From Thermoplasmata archaeon (GTDB taxonomy: Archaea > Thermoplasmatota > Thermoplasmata > Thermoplasmatales > Thermoplasmataceae), in the NCBI GenBank assembly GCA_021820525.1, contig JAKADM010000004.1, forward strand, positions 45,318 to 109,317: DNA of 64,000 nt, given 5' to 3'. The stretch's first letter is position 1; each line of letters begins with the position of its first letter. Positions 29,466 through 39,489 of this stretch are shown one piece after another. Below the pieces are notes generated by a model. That model was not told the origin of the DNA and did not search any database. It was given only the letters and a program-made list of their open reading frames with translations. The position numbers and the translations under genes were made by a program.

Positions 29466-31198
29466 TTCCTTATCCTTTCCTCTATTTGGGCCGCAAGGGC
29501 TCCGGGGTAGAAGGATTCCCCATCATATTTTGTCACAAGTTCTCCAGTTATACCTATTTCAGAGGATATGAGCCTTCTGAGCTGTCCTGTGTAGTTGTTT
29601 TCCACAAATACGATCTTTTTCTTGCCCTTGACCAGTTCCTTTATATCCGGGTTTACAGGATAGGGCCTGTTGACTTCGATGGCACCAACCTTTATGCCCT
29701 TAGCCCTGAGAATATCGATGGCTTCCTCAACTGCACCCTGTGTGGAGCCCCACTGGATTACCACATATTCCGCATCCTTGAGGAGATAGGTTGGTGTGGG
29801 TGGCAACTCCTTCATGTATGTTTCCATCTTTCTCATCCTCTTTTCCATTATCTTTCTTCTTATTTCCGGATCGGTTACTGCATCGCTCACCACATCTCCC
29901 TTCTCGTCGTGCTCATCTGAATCTTCATTGTGCATCAGGTTGGGTGTCCCTGGAAGAGCCCTTAAGGATATGCCAGTTTCTGTGAATTCATATCTCTTGT
30001 AATTCTTCTCATCCCCTGTGGCGAATTTTGGCCTTACAGCATTTGGCGTAAGATCAAACTTTTCCACAGTCTCATAATGCTCTGCAAGATAGAGATCAAC
30101 CATGAGGAAAACAGGCATCTGGTACTTCTCTGCAAGGTTAAGAGCCTCTCCGGCCATGTAGTATACCTCCTCCACATTTCTGGGTGAGAATATGGCCTTG
30201 GGAAAATCACCCTGAGATGCACCCATAACCTGGAAAAGATCGCCCTGTTCTGTCTTTGTGGGCAATCCCGTGGACGGCCCAGCCCTCTGTGCCTCATATA
30301 TTACAAGTGGGACCTCCATTTCTGCAGACATTCCCACGGCCTCCGTCATAAGGGCAAACCCTCCACCTGATGATCCGGTCATTGCCCTTATACCTGCATA
30401 GTTTGCTCCGATTGCCATGTTTATGGCTGAAATCTCATCCTCTGTTATTTTCACAAAGACATCAAAGCTCTTGCTATGTGATGCAAGATAATGGATTATG
30501 GATGATGCAGGGGTCATGGGGTAACCAAAGTATGCCTTTAAGCCAGCCCTGACTGCGCCCATTCCTGCAGTTTCTCCGCCAGAAATGAGGTAAAATCTCT
30601 TATTTTCCGGTTTCAGTGTTTTATTGGATTTTCCATATTTTGAAATGAATGTTTCATAACCTTCCTTTGCAGCCTTAACATTCATTTCTGCAATATCTCC
30701 CTTTCCAACAAACTGATCCCTTATGACACCTGCAAGCGTTTCAAAATCTATGGAAAGGTATCCGAATACTGCGCCTATGGCGACAGTATTTTTCAAAAGA
30801 GTGTTTTTGCTGTATTTCTGTGCAATTTCACCAAGTGGCAAACCACAATATTTTACATTATCATATTTCTTGAAATCGCCCAGGGCAGTATCATAAACTG
30901 CTATGCCGTCAAGGGGTGATGCACCACCCTCATTAATATTTGGGTTTGTATGCCTCTCAAGAGCATCCTTGTTTAAGGCTATGAGTATATCCAGTCCATC
31001 TCCCTGGCTTCTTATCCTGTTATGGGAAGCCCTTATCTGATACCACGACTGTCCACCTCTAATAATACTCTGGTAATAATTATATGTTTGAACATGCAGT
31101 CCATTTCTTGAAAAAACCTTTCCTATTATAAGCCCAGCAGACTGCACTCCATCTCCTGCAGCCCCACCGACTCTTATAATTACTTCATTCTGATCCAT
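29462..31198 (-). CDS. 2-oxoacid:ferredoxin oxidoreductase alpha subunit (gamma-alpha fusion)
   Basis: GGAAGDGVQ, IRGG, YPMTPAS, EDEISA, RAGPSTGLPTKTEQGD. Confidence 0.96.
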   Translation of the reverse strand: MDQNEVIIRVGGAAGDGVQSAGLIIGKVFSRNGLHVQTYNYYQSIIRGGQSWYQIRASHNRIRSQGDGLDILIALNKDALERHTNPNINEGGASPLDGIAVYDTALGDFKKYDNVKYCGLPLGEIAQKYSKNTLLKNTVAIGAVFGYLSIDFETLAGVIRDQFVGKGDIAEMNVKAAKEGYETFISKYGKSNKTLKPENKRFYLISGGETAGMGAVRAGLKAYFGYPMTPASSIIHYLASHSKSFDVFVKITEDEISAINMAIGANYAGIRAMTGSSGGGFALMTEAVGMSAEMEVPLVIYEAQRAGPSTGLPTKTEQGDLFQVMGASQGDFPKAIFSPRNVEEVYYMAGEALNLAEKYQMPVFLMVDLYLAEHYETVEKFDLTPNAVRPKFATGDEKNYKRYEFTETGISLRALPGTPNLMHNEDSDEHDEKGDVVSDAVTDPEIRRKIMEKRMRKMETYMKELPPTPTYLLKDAEYVVIQWGSTQGAVEEAIDILRAKGIKVGAIEVNRPYPVNPDIKELVKGKKKIVFVENNYTGQLRRLISSEIGITGELVTKYDGESFYPGALAAQIEERIRK

Positions 31199-31352
31199 GA
31201 GTAATCACAAACCACTATTCTATCAAGCTATAAATTTTTTTAAAAAGAAAAACGACCTTTATGTAATTCATTTTTAAAGATACTATTTAGAGTAGTATTC
31301 ATAACGCAGTATGGTATTTTTCAACCAACTATGGATTTTCCCTTGATTTATG

Positions 31353-32138
31353 CTAAGATTTCCCAATCATTTCAGCCTTTTTTTCTGCCTTTGGAATCCT
31401 TATGCTAAACTGGATCATTTTTCCTGCAATATAGAAAAAAAGGGTTTCCATCTTCTTCTTTCCATTTTCACCAGATCTGTAGAATTTCATCAAACCATCT
31501 AAATTCAGGTTAAACACGAAAAGGATATCCCTCGTGATCAAAATTCTCCTTATGATCAATTTCATTAAATTTCTTTCATACCTTCTTTCAGTGGAAATAT
31601 CTTTCTTTGAAACATCTCTCGGTATATTTTTTGCAAACTTTTCATCCTCTGGTATTTTCACAAATCTTCCAAGTGCCTGGGCTATCTTCCATACATATAC
31701 ATCTTCTCCGTAGTTCAGGTCAGGGTAACCGCCTATTTCTCTGATAAAGTCTGATGGAAAGAAACTCATGAGGGACCCCTTATCCTTTCCTGAACAAAGG
31801 ACAAAATCATTGCCATAATTGCTGAGAATATTTTCTATGGTATTTTCAAGATCCATATAAAATACGTCCACATCCACAATGCAAATATATTCTCCCTTTG
31901 ATTTTTCAATTCCAATCTGTCTCCCCCTTCCTCTGGTGCATTTTTCCTGAAAGATATGTATTTTATCATTCTCATATTTCTTAAAATTCTCGTATGTAGA
32001 ATCTGTGGAAAAGTTGTCCACGATGATCATTTCATAGGGAAGTCTAAAGTTCTGGAAACCTTTCATAAACTGGTCCACGGTGTCCCCTGAATTGTACGAT
32101 GTTATGCAGAAGGATATCACAATATGGTTCATTCTCAT
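31353..32138 (-). CDS. Glycosyltransferase family 2
   Basis: VDNFSTDST, DVD, GGYPDLNYGED. Confidence 0.9.
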   Translation of the reverse strand: MRMNHIVISFCITSYNSGDTVDQFMKGFQNFRLPYEMIIVDNFSTDSTYENFKKYENDKIHIFQEKCTRGRGRQIGIEKSKGEYICIVDVDVFYMDLENTIENILSNYGNDFVLCSGKDKGSLMSFFPSDFIREIGGYPDLNYGEDVYVWKIAQALGRFVKIPEDEKFAKNIPRDVSKKDISTERRYERNLMKLIIRRILITRDILFVFNLNLDGLMKFYRSGENGKKKMETLFFYIAGKMIQFSIRIPKAEKKAEMIGKS

Positions 32139-32247
32139 GATTATGTTAAAATTTGCTATCTTTTTCTAAGAATATTTATTAAATTAAATAGGAATCATTT
32201 AGTCCAATGTACCTCAGATATGTACCATAAACTCATTATTAATACCA

Positions 32248-33621
32248 ATGATAAACAGGACAATGGATCCAAAAGTCGACCAATCCCCAAATAAAAAGAA
32301 TCTTTTGAACATTGCCATTGTTCTTGTCATATCTGTACTGGTTGTATTCTCCACGCTGGAATATTATAATTCCAATCTGAGATCTGAGGAGATAAACCAG
32401 TTGAAGTTAAAGATAAACAACAGCGGAAATTTTTCTGAGAAAGCATTTCTTCACGGCAATAATATAAGTTCAAATTTCTACCAGTATGAGGGAAACAATC
32501 TCCACCAGTTTGTGATTAATTCCACGCCAGGAAATTTTTCCATAAAACTGAATGGCTCCATAATAGTTGATCCCTCCTATTCTGATGGAATGTTCTTCGT
32601 GCCCATTACAAACATGATGGAATGCACTGGGGCACTTTATGCCGTAAATTCGACAAACGGCAAAATAGTATGGAACGATTCTTACCCCAATGAGGTCATG
32701 ACAGAACCTCTCATTGTAAATGATCTTGCAATTGTTGGCCTTGGAAATAACCAGTTTGTAAATCCAAACGTGAGGGGAACTGGAATAAATTTTATTTCAG
32801 CTGTAAATATCTTTAATGGTTCATCAGTATGGGAATTCAATACATGTGGGGAGGATATGCCTACACCTGTGTATCATAATGGCCTTATCATCGAGCCAAG
32901 TGGAAGCGGCATAGTATATGCCATAAATGCAAGCAATGGTAAACAGGTATGGAATCTTTCCACCGGTTCATTTGTGAGCATGTCTTCACCTGCCATATAT
33001 GATGGCAACATATATTTCGGTGGAGCTTGCCCATACGCATTCTATGCAGTAAATATTACCCGTGGCAATATAGTCTGGACATATTACACCAATGCCACTG
33101 GTGGACTCACTGATGGCTCCCCTGTAATACTGAACGGGCAGGTATTTGATGGATATACTGTGGATACGGGAGATAATGTATTCAATGATTACATATTCTC
33201 ACTCAATGCCAGCAATGGAAATCTCAACTGGCTGACATATGAAGGTACTGGAATACAGCCAAATTCACCTCCCATTGAAATTCCACCCCTCACTGCTTCA
33301 GGCAATACCGTTTTCAGTGAACCAACATCCCTGGGAAAACTCTATGCAATAAACGCAGAAACTGGAAATATTGAATGGTCAGCTGTTACTGGAACTGATG
33401 ATTCCAATCCTGCAATAATCAATGGCATTGTGCTGACGGTCAATATTACGGGAACATTATATGTAATAAACAGCACAGGTTGTGTTGTAAATTCATATAA
33501 GACAGGAGTGGTCTTTGGCCCGGGCAATATAATTGTGATGGTGCACCACCTCATACTCTTTGGAAATAATGGTGTGATGGAAAGCATCCCATTCACCAGC
33601 ATTAAACAGATAATAATATAA
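32248..33621 (+). CDS. Membrane-anchored PQQ-like beta-propeller protein
   Basis: N-terminal TM; repeated YA.NA..G...W motifs. Confidence 0.88.
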   Translation: MINRTMDPKVDQSPNKKNLLNIAIVLVISVLVVFSTLEYYNSNLRSEEINQLKLKINNSGNFSEKAFLHGNNISSNFYQYEGNNLHQFVINSTPGNFSIKLNGSIIVDPSYSDGMFFVPITNMMECTGALYAVNSTNGKIVWNDSYPNEVMTEPLIVNDLAIVGLGNNQFVNPNVRGTGINFISAVNIFNGSSVWEFNTCGEDMPTPVYHNGLIIEPSGSGIVYAINASNGKQVWNLSTGSFVSMSSPAIYDGNIYFGGACPYAFYAVNITRGNIVWTYYTNATGGLTDGSPVILNGQVFDGYTVDTGDNVFNDYIFSLNASNGNLNWLTYEGTGIQPNSPPIEIPPLTASGNTVFSEPTSLGKLYAINAETGNIEWSAVTGTDDSNPAIINGIVLTVNITGTLYVINSTGCVVNSYKTGVVFGPGNIIVMVHHLILFGNNGVMESIPFTSIKQIII

Positions 33622-33713
33622 ACCTTTGAAAGCAGTTTCTCTTAAAACAATTTGATAAAACAGGCAATAAAAATATAAAATTATTAATGTACGTGAATTG
33701 AATTGTATGAGCA

Positions 33714-34886
33714 ATGAGTGAGAAAATCTTAAAAGATGCCTATATTCTGGATGCAGCCAGGACACCCTTTGGAAAAAGAAACGGTTTCCTTTCCACTGTT
33801 CATCCCGTGGATCTTCTTGGTGATCTTTTAAAGGATATGGTGAAAAGATCCGAAATTATGCCTGAATTTATTGATGATGTAATTGCGGGGTGCGTCACAC
33901 AGACAGGAGAGCAGTCTGCAAATATAGGCAGAAACGCCATTCTTTCTGCAGGTTTTCCCGAATCCATACCGGGGACAACCATAGACAGGCAGTGTGGTTC
34001 AAGCCTTCAGGCTGCTCAGTTTGCAGCCCATGGGGTAATGACAGGAATGTATGATCTTGCAATTGCATGCGGCGTTGAGTCCATGAGCAGGGTACCGATG
34101 TTCACCACTATCAAAAGGGAATCAAATCCCATAACCGGGAATTTAAGGGAAAGATATTCCCTTGGAGAGGAATGGTTCAGCCAGGCCAGGGGTGCACAGA
34201 TTATTGCTGAAAAGTGGGAGATTGGAAGGGAAGAGATGGATTCTTTCAGCCTGAGAAGCCACAGGCTTGCCCATGGCTCAAGGGAATTCCTGAGAAATGA
34301 AATAGTGCCTGTTTCCATTAAGAGCCAGAGTGGGATAACCATAGTTGACCATGATCAGGGGATCAGGCATGATACGGAAATGGAAAAACTCCTCTCACTG
34401 AGGGACGCATTTCCTGGAATACACAATATAACTGCAGGAAACTCATCCCAGATATCAGATGGAGCGAGCGCAGTCCTGATATGTTCTGAAGATTTCCTGA
34501 ACAACCACCATAAAAAGGCAAGAGCTGTATTCAAATCATTTTCAGTTGTAGGTGTCGATCCCATTTCAATGCTTACCGGCCCCATAAAGGCAACTGAAAA
34601 GATCCTAAAGAGGGAGGGACTTACAATGGACGACATAGATCTGTTTGAGGTGAATGAGGCCTTCGCATCTGTTGTTCTTGCATGGATGAGGGAAACAGGG
34701 GCAGATATGGACAGGGTAAATGTCCATGGAGGTGCCATTGCCATAGGTCACCCTCTTGGTGCAACCGGTGGAAGGTTGATTTCAACAATGGTAAATTCTC
34801 TGGAAAAGACAGGAAAGAAAAGAGGACTGATTGCAATTTGCGAGGGTGGGGGAATGGCAAATGCATGCATTATAGAGAGAATCTGA
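33714..34886 (+). CDS. Thiolase (acetyl-CoA C-acyltransferase)
   Basis: RQCGSS, NEAFA, GHPLGATG, CEGGG. Confidence 0.96.
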   Translation: MSEKILKDAYILDAARTPFGKRNGFLSTVHPVDLLGDLLKDMVKRSEIMPEFIDDVIAGCVTQTGEQSANIGRNAILSAGFPESIPGTTIDRQCGSSLQAAQFAAHGVMTGMYDLAIACGVESMSRVPMFTTIKRESNPITGNLRERYSLGEEWFSQARGAQIIAEKWEIGREEMDSFSLRSHRLAHGSREFLRNEIVPVSIKSQSGITIVDHDQGIRHDTEMEKLLSLRDAFPGIHNITAGNSSQISDGASAVLICSEDFLNNHHKKARAVFKSFSVVGVDPISMLTGPIKATEKILKREGLTMDDIDLFEVNEAFASVVLAWMRETGADMDRVNVHGGAIAIGHPLGATGGRLISTMVNSLEKTGKKRGLIAICEGGGMANACIIERI

Positions 34887-34898
34887 GATGATTTACAA

Positions 34899-34965
34899 TG
34901 TAAGGAAGCCCTTACAAAAATAGAAAGATTTTTAATATGGGGATTAATGTAAGGAAATCCTTACA
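34899..34965. promoter_or_regulatory. Two palindromic TGTAAGG-N4-CCTTACA sites flanking a BRE/TATA
   Basis: Sites at 34899-34916 and 34948-34965, with gaaagatttttaat between them. Confidence 0.7.
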
Positions 34966-35051
34966 TGTTTCATTTAGAATCCGCTTATAAAAGTCTGAGT
35001 GGCTTGAAAAAACCTCTTGATAATATGGTGAACAAGGGGGTGAAGATTTAG

Positions 35052-36284
35052 GTGGATGGGAAATATTATGGAAGAAATATATTTCCTGTCATAATTGCAT
35101 CCCTGAGCATCTTCGCAGCAAGCTATAATATTGCCACAATTTCCGTTGGCCTTGCTTCTATTGAATCCATATTTCACCTTCAGGGTTCTGAGGTTACCCT
35201 GCTGACATCAGCCATTCTTATGGGTGCAATTTTTGGAGCCATCCTGAGTGGAATTTTTTCAGACAGATTTGGGAGGATTGGCATACTCACTGTGGATCTT
35301 GTAACATTCGTTCTTGCTGGAATAGGCTCTTCCCTCTCAATCAATTTCATTGAAATTTTTATTTTCAGGTTCATGGTTGGCATTGGTGTGGGGATCGATT
35401 ATGTTGTGGTGTTTGCATATCTTTCCGAAGTTGAACTTCTATCAGGAAGAGGTTCAAGGCGTCTCACCATAGTTATGTTTTTTGCAAACTTTGGCATTCT
35501 GATGGCCTATGCATCAGGTGCAATCCTTTCCCTTTTTTATCACAGCCTTGCATGGAGGTATGTATTTCTCTCAGGTGCGGTACTTTCAATCATACCCATA
35601 TTGCTAAGATTAAAGGTCACAGATACAGATGAATGGAAGTTGAACCACCACAGGAAAATAACATACATAATAAGGGAATTCTATTCAGGAAAAAATAGAA
35701 GGGATGGGGTCAAGTTTTCCATACCATGGTTTCTGTACCAGATAAGTGACCAGAGTCTCACTCTTTTTCTTCCGTTGCTTTTATTTTCCATTGCGGGCAA
35801 TTCCCTGTTCAGTTCAGATCTGGGAAGCGTCGAGGTAAAGATATTTACCATACCCGCATCTCTTATCACCATTATGATAATAGGCAGGGTTGGAAGAAGA
35901 TTCCTGCAGTCCCTTGGTTTTGCCTTACGCGGTCTCTTTCTTGGCATAATGGGTGTGCTGTTGATTTATGGTTTTCAACTGCCCCTCTATATTTCCGTAT
36001 TTCTTCTGGGCGGTGCATTTTTCTTCGGTGCCCTTGGGCCTGATAAAACCACCGTGATTTCACCTGCAGAATCATTCAAAACAAGAATCAGGGCCACAGG
36101 GCAGGGTTTCAGTGAAATGTTCGGAAGAATCGGGGGCCTCACAGGTGTACTTATTTACGGCTATCTCAGATATTTCCAGCCAGGGACAGGATTGATATTT
36201 CTATCCATCACATGCCTTCTTGGGTTGATATCAACCATCATTTTTTTTGGCTGGAGAATATCTCCCGACAGGATCATTTCATGA
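35052..36284 (+). CDS. MFS transporter (sugar/metabolite porter type)
   Basis: SDRFGR, RFMVGIGVG, ESFKTRIRATG; RBS ggggtga. Confidence 0.9.
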   Translation: MDGKYYGRNIFPVIIASLSIFAASYNIATISVGLASIESIFHLQGSEVTLLTSAILMGAIFGAILSGIFSDRFGRIGILTVDLVTFVLAGIGSSLSINFIEIFIFRFMVGIGVGIDYVVVFAYLSEVELLSGRGSRRLTIVMFFANFGILMAYASGAILSLFYHSLAWRYVFLSGAVLSIIPILLRLKVTDTDEWKLNHHRKITYIIREFYSGKNRRDGVKFSIPWFLYQISDQSLTLFLPLLLFSIAGNSLFSSDLGSVEVKIFTIPASLITIMIIGRVGRRFLQSLGFALRGLFLGIMGVLLIYGFQLPLYISVFLLGGAFFFGALGPDKTTVISPAESFKTRIRATGQGFSEMFGRIGGLTGVLIYGYLRYFQPGTGLIFLSITCLLGLISTIIFFGWRISPDRIIS

Positions 36285-36329
36285 ATGGATTCACAAATAT
36301 TTTTTTTCCTGATGGTATTGTGTTGCCAT

Positions 36330-37676
36330 ATGAGGATAAGTTACAGCAGAGGATCAATTCTCATTGATCATGTTGAAAATCCTCCAGATTGGATCACATA
36401 CGATGAGAGAATAGGTTCATTCAGGGCCCCTGCTTATAAATACGGTGAAATCTTAAAAATTTACAAAAATGCTGAAGATAATGTTTTTGAAAATAAGGAA
36501 ATCAATCTTCAACATTCTGAAAATTTAAGATCATATCAGAAAATGGCCATTGCAAAATGGGTAGAAAACGATTTTGGGGGTGTTGTTGTCCTTCCCACGG
36601 CAGCAGGAAAAACCCATATTGGAATGGATGCAATGGGAAGGTTGAAAACTTCCACAATTATCATTGCACCCACCATTGAACTGGTTCAGCAGTGGAGATC
36701 AAGGCTTGAAAGCACCTTTGGCATTGAAATCGGGCAGATTGGAGGTGGATTGAAGGATATTAAGGATGTGACTGTATGCACCTTTGATTCAGCATACCTG
36801 ATGGCAGAAACACTGGGAAACAGATTCAGATTCCTTCTTGTGGACGAAGTTCACCATATGGGCGCAAAGAAATATATGGATATAGGCAGGATGTTTGCCT
36901 CCCCGTACAGGCTGGGTCTGACCGCAACATTTGAACGAACAGATATGCTCCATGAAGATCTTGAAAAATATATGGGTGGGAAGATCTTCGAAATGGGATA
37001 TGAAGAGTTAAGGGAGTATATTTCCAGCTATGAAATTGTAAGGATACCGGCAGAGCTTGAAGAAGAGGAGGAAAGGGAATATGAGATCAACCATGAAAAG
37101 TTTGTTTCATATTTAAGGAGGCACAGGATAACAATGAGGGGTCCGTGGGATTTCCAGAAGTTCATAATGTCTTCCTGGAATCCAGAGGGAAGGGAGGCAC
37201 TCCTTGCCTGGAGAAGGGCAAGAAAGATTGCATTCAATGCAAGAGTAAAGAGGGATATTGTCAGATATGTAATGAATAAGCATAAGGGGGAAAAGACCCT
37301 GATTTTTTCAGACGATACGGAATCTGCCTACATGATATCAAGGGAATTTCTTATTCCATGCATAACCTATCTTACCCCGGGCCCTGAAAGGAAGATGTAC
37401 CTTGATATGTTTCGAAAAGGAGAGGTGAGGGCACTGGCAACCTCAAGGGTTCTCGATGAGGGCATAGATGTTCCAGATGCATCCATTGGCATTGTACTTA
37501 GCGGTTCAGGAAGCACGAGGCAGTTCAGGCAGAGGCTTGGCAGGATCCTGAGGCCTGCAGATGGAAAGAAGGCAATCATGTATGAGATTGTGGCCAGAGG
37601 CACATCTGAATATGGTACATCAAAGAGGAGGAGAAAGGGTGTTCCCGTCTCAGTTGATGATGATCAGGAAGAGTAA
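36330..37676 (+). CDS. xpb: XPB/Rad25-like SF2 DNA helicase (start moved to ATG 36330)
   Basis: LPTAAGKT, DEVHH, GLTATFERTD, EGIDVPDA, QRLGRILR. Confidence 0.93.
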   Translation: MRISYSRGSILIDHVENPPDWITYDERIGSFRAPAYKYGEILKIYKNAEDNVFENKEINLQHSENLRSYQKMAIAKWVENDFGGVVVLPTAAGKTHIGMDAMGRLKTSTIIIAPTIELVQQWRSRLESTFGIEIGQIGGGLKDIKDVTVCTFDSAYLMAETLGNRFRFLLVDEVHHMGAKKYMDIGRMFASPYRLGLTATFERTDMLHEDLEKYMGGKIFEMGYEELREYISSYEIVRIPAELEEEEEREYEINHEKFVSYLRRHRITMRGPWDFQKFIMSSWNPEGREALLAWRRARKIAFNARVKRDIVRYVMNKHKGEKTLIFSDDTESAYMISREFLIPCITYLTPGPERKMYLDMFRKGEVRALATSRVLDEGIDVPDASIGIVLSGSGSTRQFRQRLGRILRPADGKKAIMYEIVARGTSEYGTSKRRRKGVPVSVDDDQEE

Positions 37677-38979
37677 ATCGGGCATAGCAAGAAGCGTTCT
37701 TCTGGATGAAAGAAGCAACGATTATGCGATGTCAGTGATGGAAATATTCAGGGAATGTATCAATATGAAATACAGTGAAATAGAAGAAAAAATTAAGGAC
37801 CTTGAAATAAGGTCAGAGAATCCAAAGGTTGTCAGGGGCATATTCACTGTCATTTCAAGGTTATGCACATTCTCTTCCCATTCACCCATACCGCCTGAAG
37901 AGCTGAGGATGAAAATATTCACCGATCCTCAAACCCCCTCCCTTTCGGAGGAATCAAGAAATGCAATTCTGGAAAGGATAGGCAATGAGTTGAATATGAC
38001 TGTGGGGCAGATTGAATCTTCCCTGTATGCTGATATGGAATCAGAAAGGGTACTCAATGAAATACCACAAATTGATTATTTGCAGATAATAAAAAAGTTC
38101 AACAGGGAGCAGGTTGAAACAGCACTGATGAAAGGCACAGTCATGGATGTTAAAATGTATCATCCAGATCCAGGGCTGGTCCGTTTCCTTAATAGAATAG
38201 GTCTTCTGTACTCAGCGGAAATGGAAGGTGAAACTCTCCATCTCAAGGTATCCGGGCCCATATCATCCACAGGCAAAACAGAAAGGTATGGGCCTCTGTT
38301 TTCCATGTTTTTAAGGAAACTTTTAACCGAGGAGGACTGGGAGGCTGAGGCTGAAATTGAATTAGGAAAAAAGGGAGAAAAAACAGTTTTCAAATATTAT
38401 GTAAACAGTTCAATGAGGGAAATACTTGATATAAACGAAGGGAAGATTGAAGAAATTCCTGAATTTGTGATGGAGGATGATCATGGTGTTTCCATAGATG
38501 GAAAATTATATTTTGTAGACTACAGAATGAAAATTCGGGAAAGGGATATTCTCATAATAGTTTCAAGATTACTCAATTTCGAGGAAAACCTCTCACTGCT
38601 CAACATGCTGAGGAAAAAGGGGGAAAGGGCATTCATGTTTGTAATTTTAAGGGGAAAAGAAAAATGCCCGACAAAGGTAAAATGCTTTAAGAACAGCGTT
38701 GACTGGTATGCTGTAAGGGAATATATTGAATTTGAGATCGGAAGGGAATTGAAAAAAAGGGAAATTCCTGAAGTCAGGCATGAAATTCATGAAGAAGGGT
38801 TAAAAAAGCCACTGAATGATAATGTAATAAAACATCTTGAAAATCTATATCCAGATTCCTCTGCCATGGTTGATTATCTGGAGTTTATGGGCTTTGATCC
38901 ATCATCTGTTCTTACGGATCTGGGATACAAAATAAGATGGAGAGGCCTGAGAATAGAAGTTACGGGAAGGAAAGAATAG
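37639..38979 (+). CDS. bax1: Bax1/DUF790 XPB-associated nuclease (start moved to GTG 37639)
   Basis: MFPSQL N-terminus, LYADMESE, GP......TERYG; overlaps xpb. Confidence 0.85.
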   Translation: MFPSQLMMIRKSKSGIARSVLLDERSNDYAMSVMEIFRECINMKYSEIEEKIKDLEIRSENPKVVRGIFTVISRLCTFSSHSPIPPEELRMKIFTDPQTPSLSEESRNAILERIGNELNMTVGQIESSLYADMESERVLNEIPQIDYLQIIKKFNREQVETALMKGTVMDVKMYHPDPGLVRFLNRIGLLYSAEMEGETLHLKVSGPISSTGKTERYGPLFSMFLRKLLTEEDWEAEAEIELGKKGEKTVFKYYVNSSMREILDINEGKIEEIPEFVMEDDHGVSIDGKLYFVDYRMKIRERDILIIVSRLLNFEENLSLLNMLRKKGERAFMFVILRGKEKCPTKVKCFKNSVDWYAVREYIEFEIGRELKKREIPEVRHEIHEEGLKKPLNDNVIKHLENLYPDSSAMVDYLEFMGFDPSSVLTDLGYKIRWRGLRIEVTGRKE

Positions 38980-39027
38980 GAGTTAAAAAGAAGTGCTGGA
39001 GTAATTGGGGTTCATTTCTTTTTCACA

Positions 39028-39176
39028 CTTTCAGGCCTATCCTTTCCACAAATCTTTCTCTCACCCGACGGCTTAAGGGAAATAGGGATGACGGGCCCTA
39101 TTATGACCAGATAAGGGAGGAAATAAAATATGATGGCACGTGGTGAGACGGTGAATAATCATATGTTGCCTGAAAG
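39028..39176. ncRNA. Candidate structured RNA or foldback element (nested stems)
   Basis: Nested complementary pairs of 9, 7, 4 and 7 bp in an intergenic region. Confidence 0.25.
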
Positions 39177-39231
39177 CTTATTTTGGAGAACTCGCTGGAA
39201 GTTGAATTTTATATTTTCACTCCAACCTCCA

Positions 39232-39373
39232 GATAGTGTACTGAATCTGCTGTAAAATTGAAAAGGTCCTGCACAATTCAGATTTGAAGAGGTGAAAATA
39301 TGCAGGACCAGTTAGACGTAGTGAAAGAGATAATAAGTATTTTCCTGAAGGACAGCAAATCATGTACACTATC
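39232..39373 (+). mobile_element. 142-bp MITE derived from the IS256 element
   Basis: 5' part matches the reverse complement of ~5757-5883. The 3' end acagcaaatcatgtacactatc matches the reverse complement of 3260-3281 (21/22). Confidence 0.9.
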
Positions 39374-39489
39374 AATTTTTGAGAAAAATAATCCTATCTT
39401 AAGTGAGATCAAGGGAAGTATAATTTAAATTAAGTTCTGACTCTTAATAAAGCTAAAATTATTTTTATAAAGTCAAAGGATACCCAACC

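Noticed and set aside
38937-39146. 69-aa ORF after bax1
   Set aside because: Overlaps bax1, has no RBS or motif, and has unnatural composition
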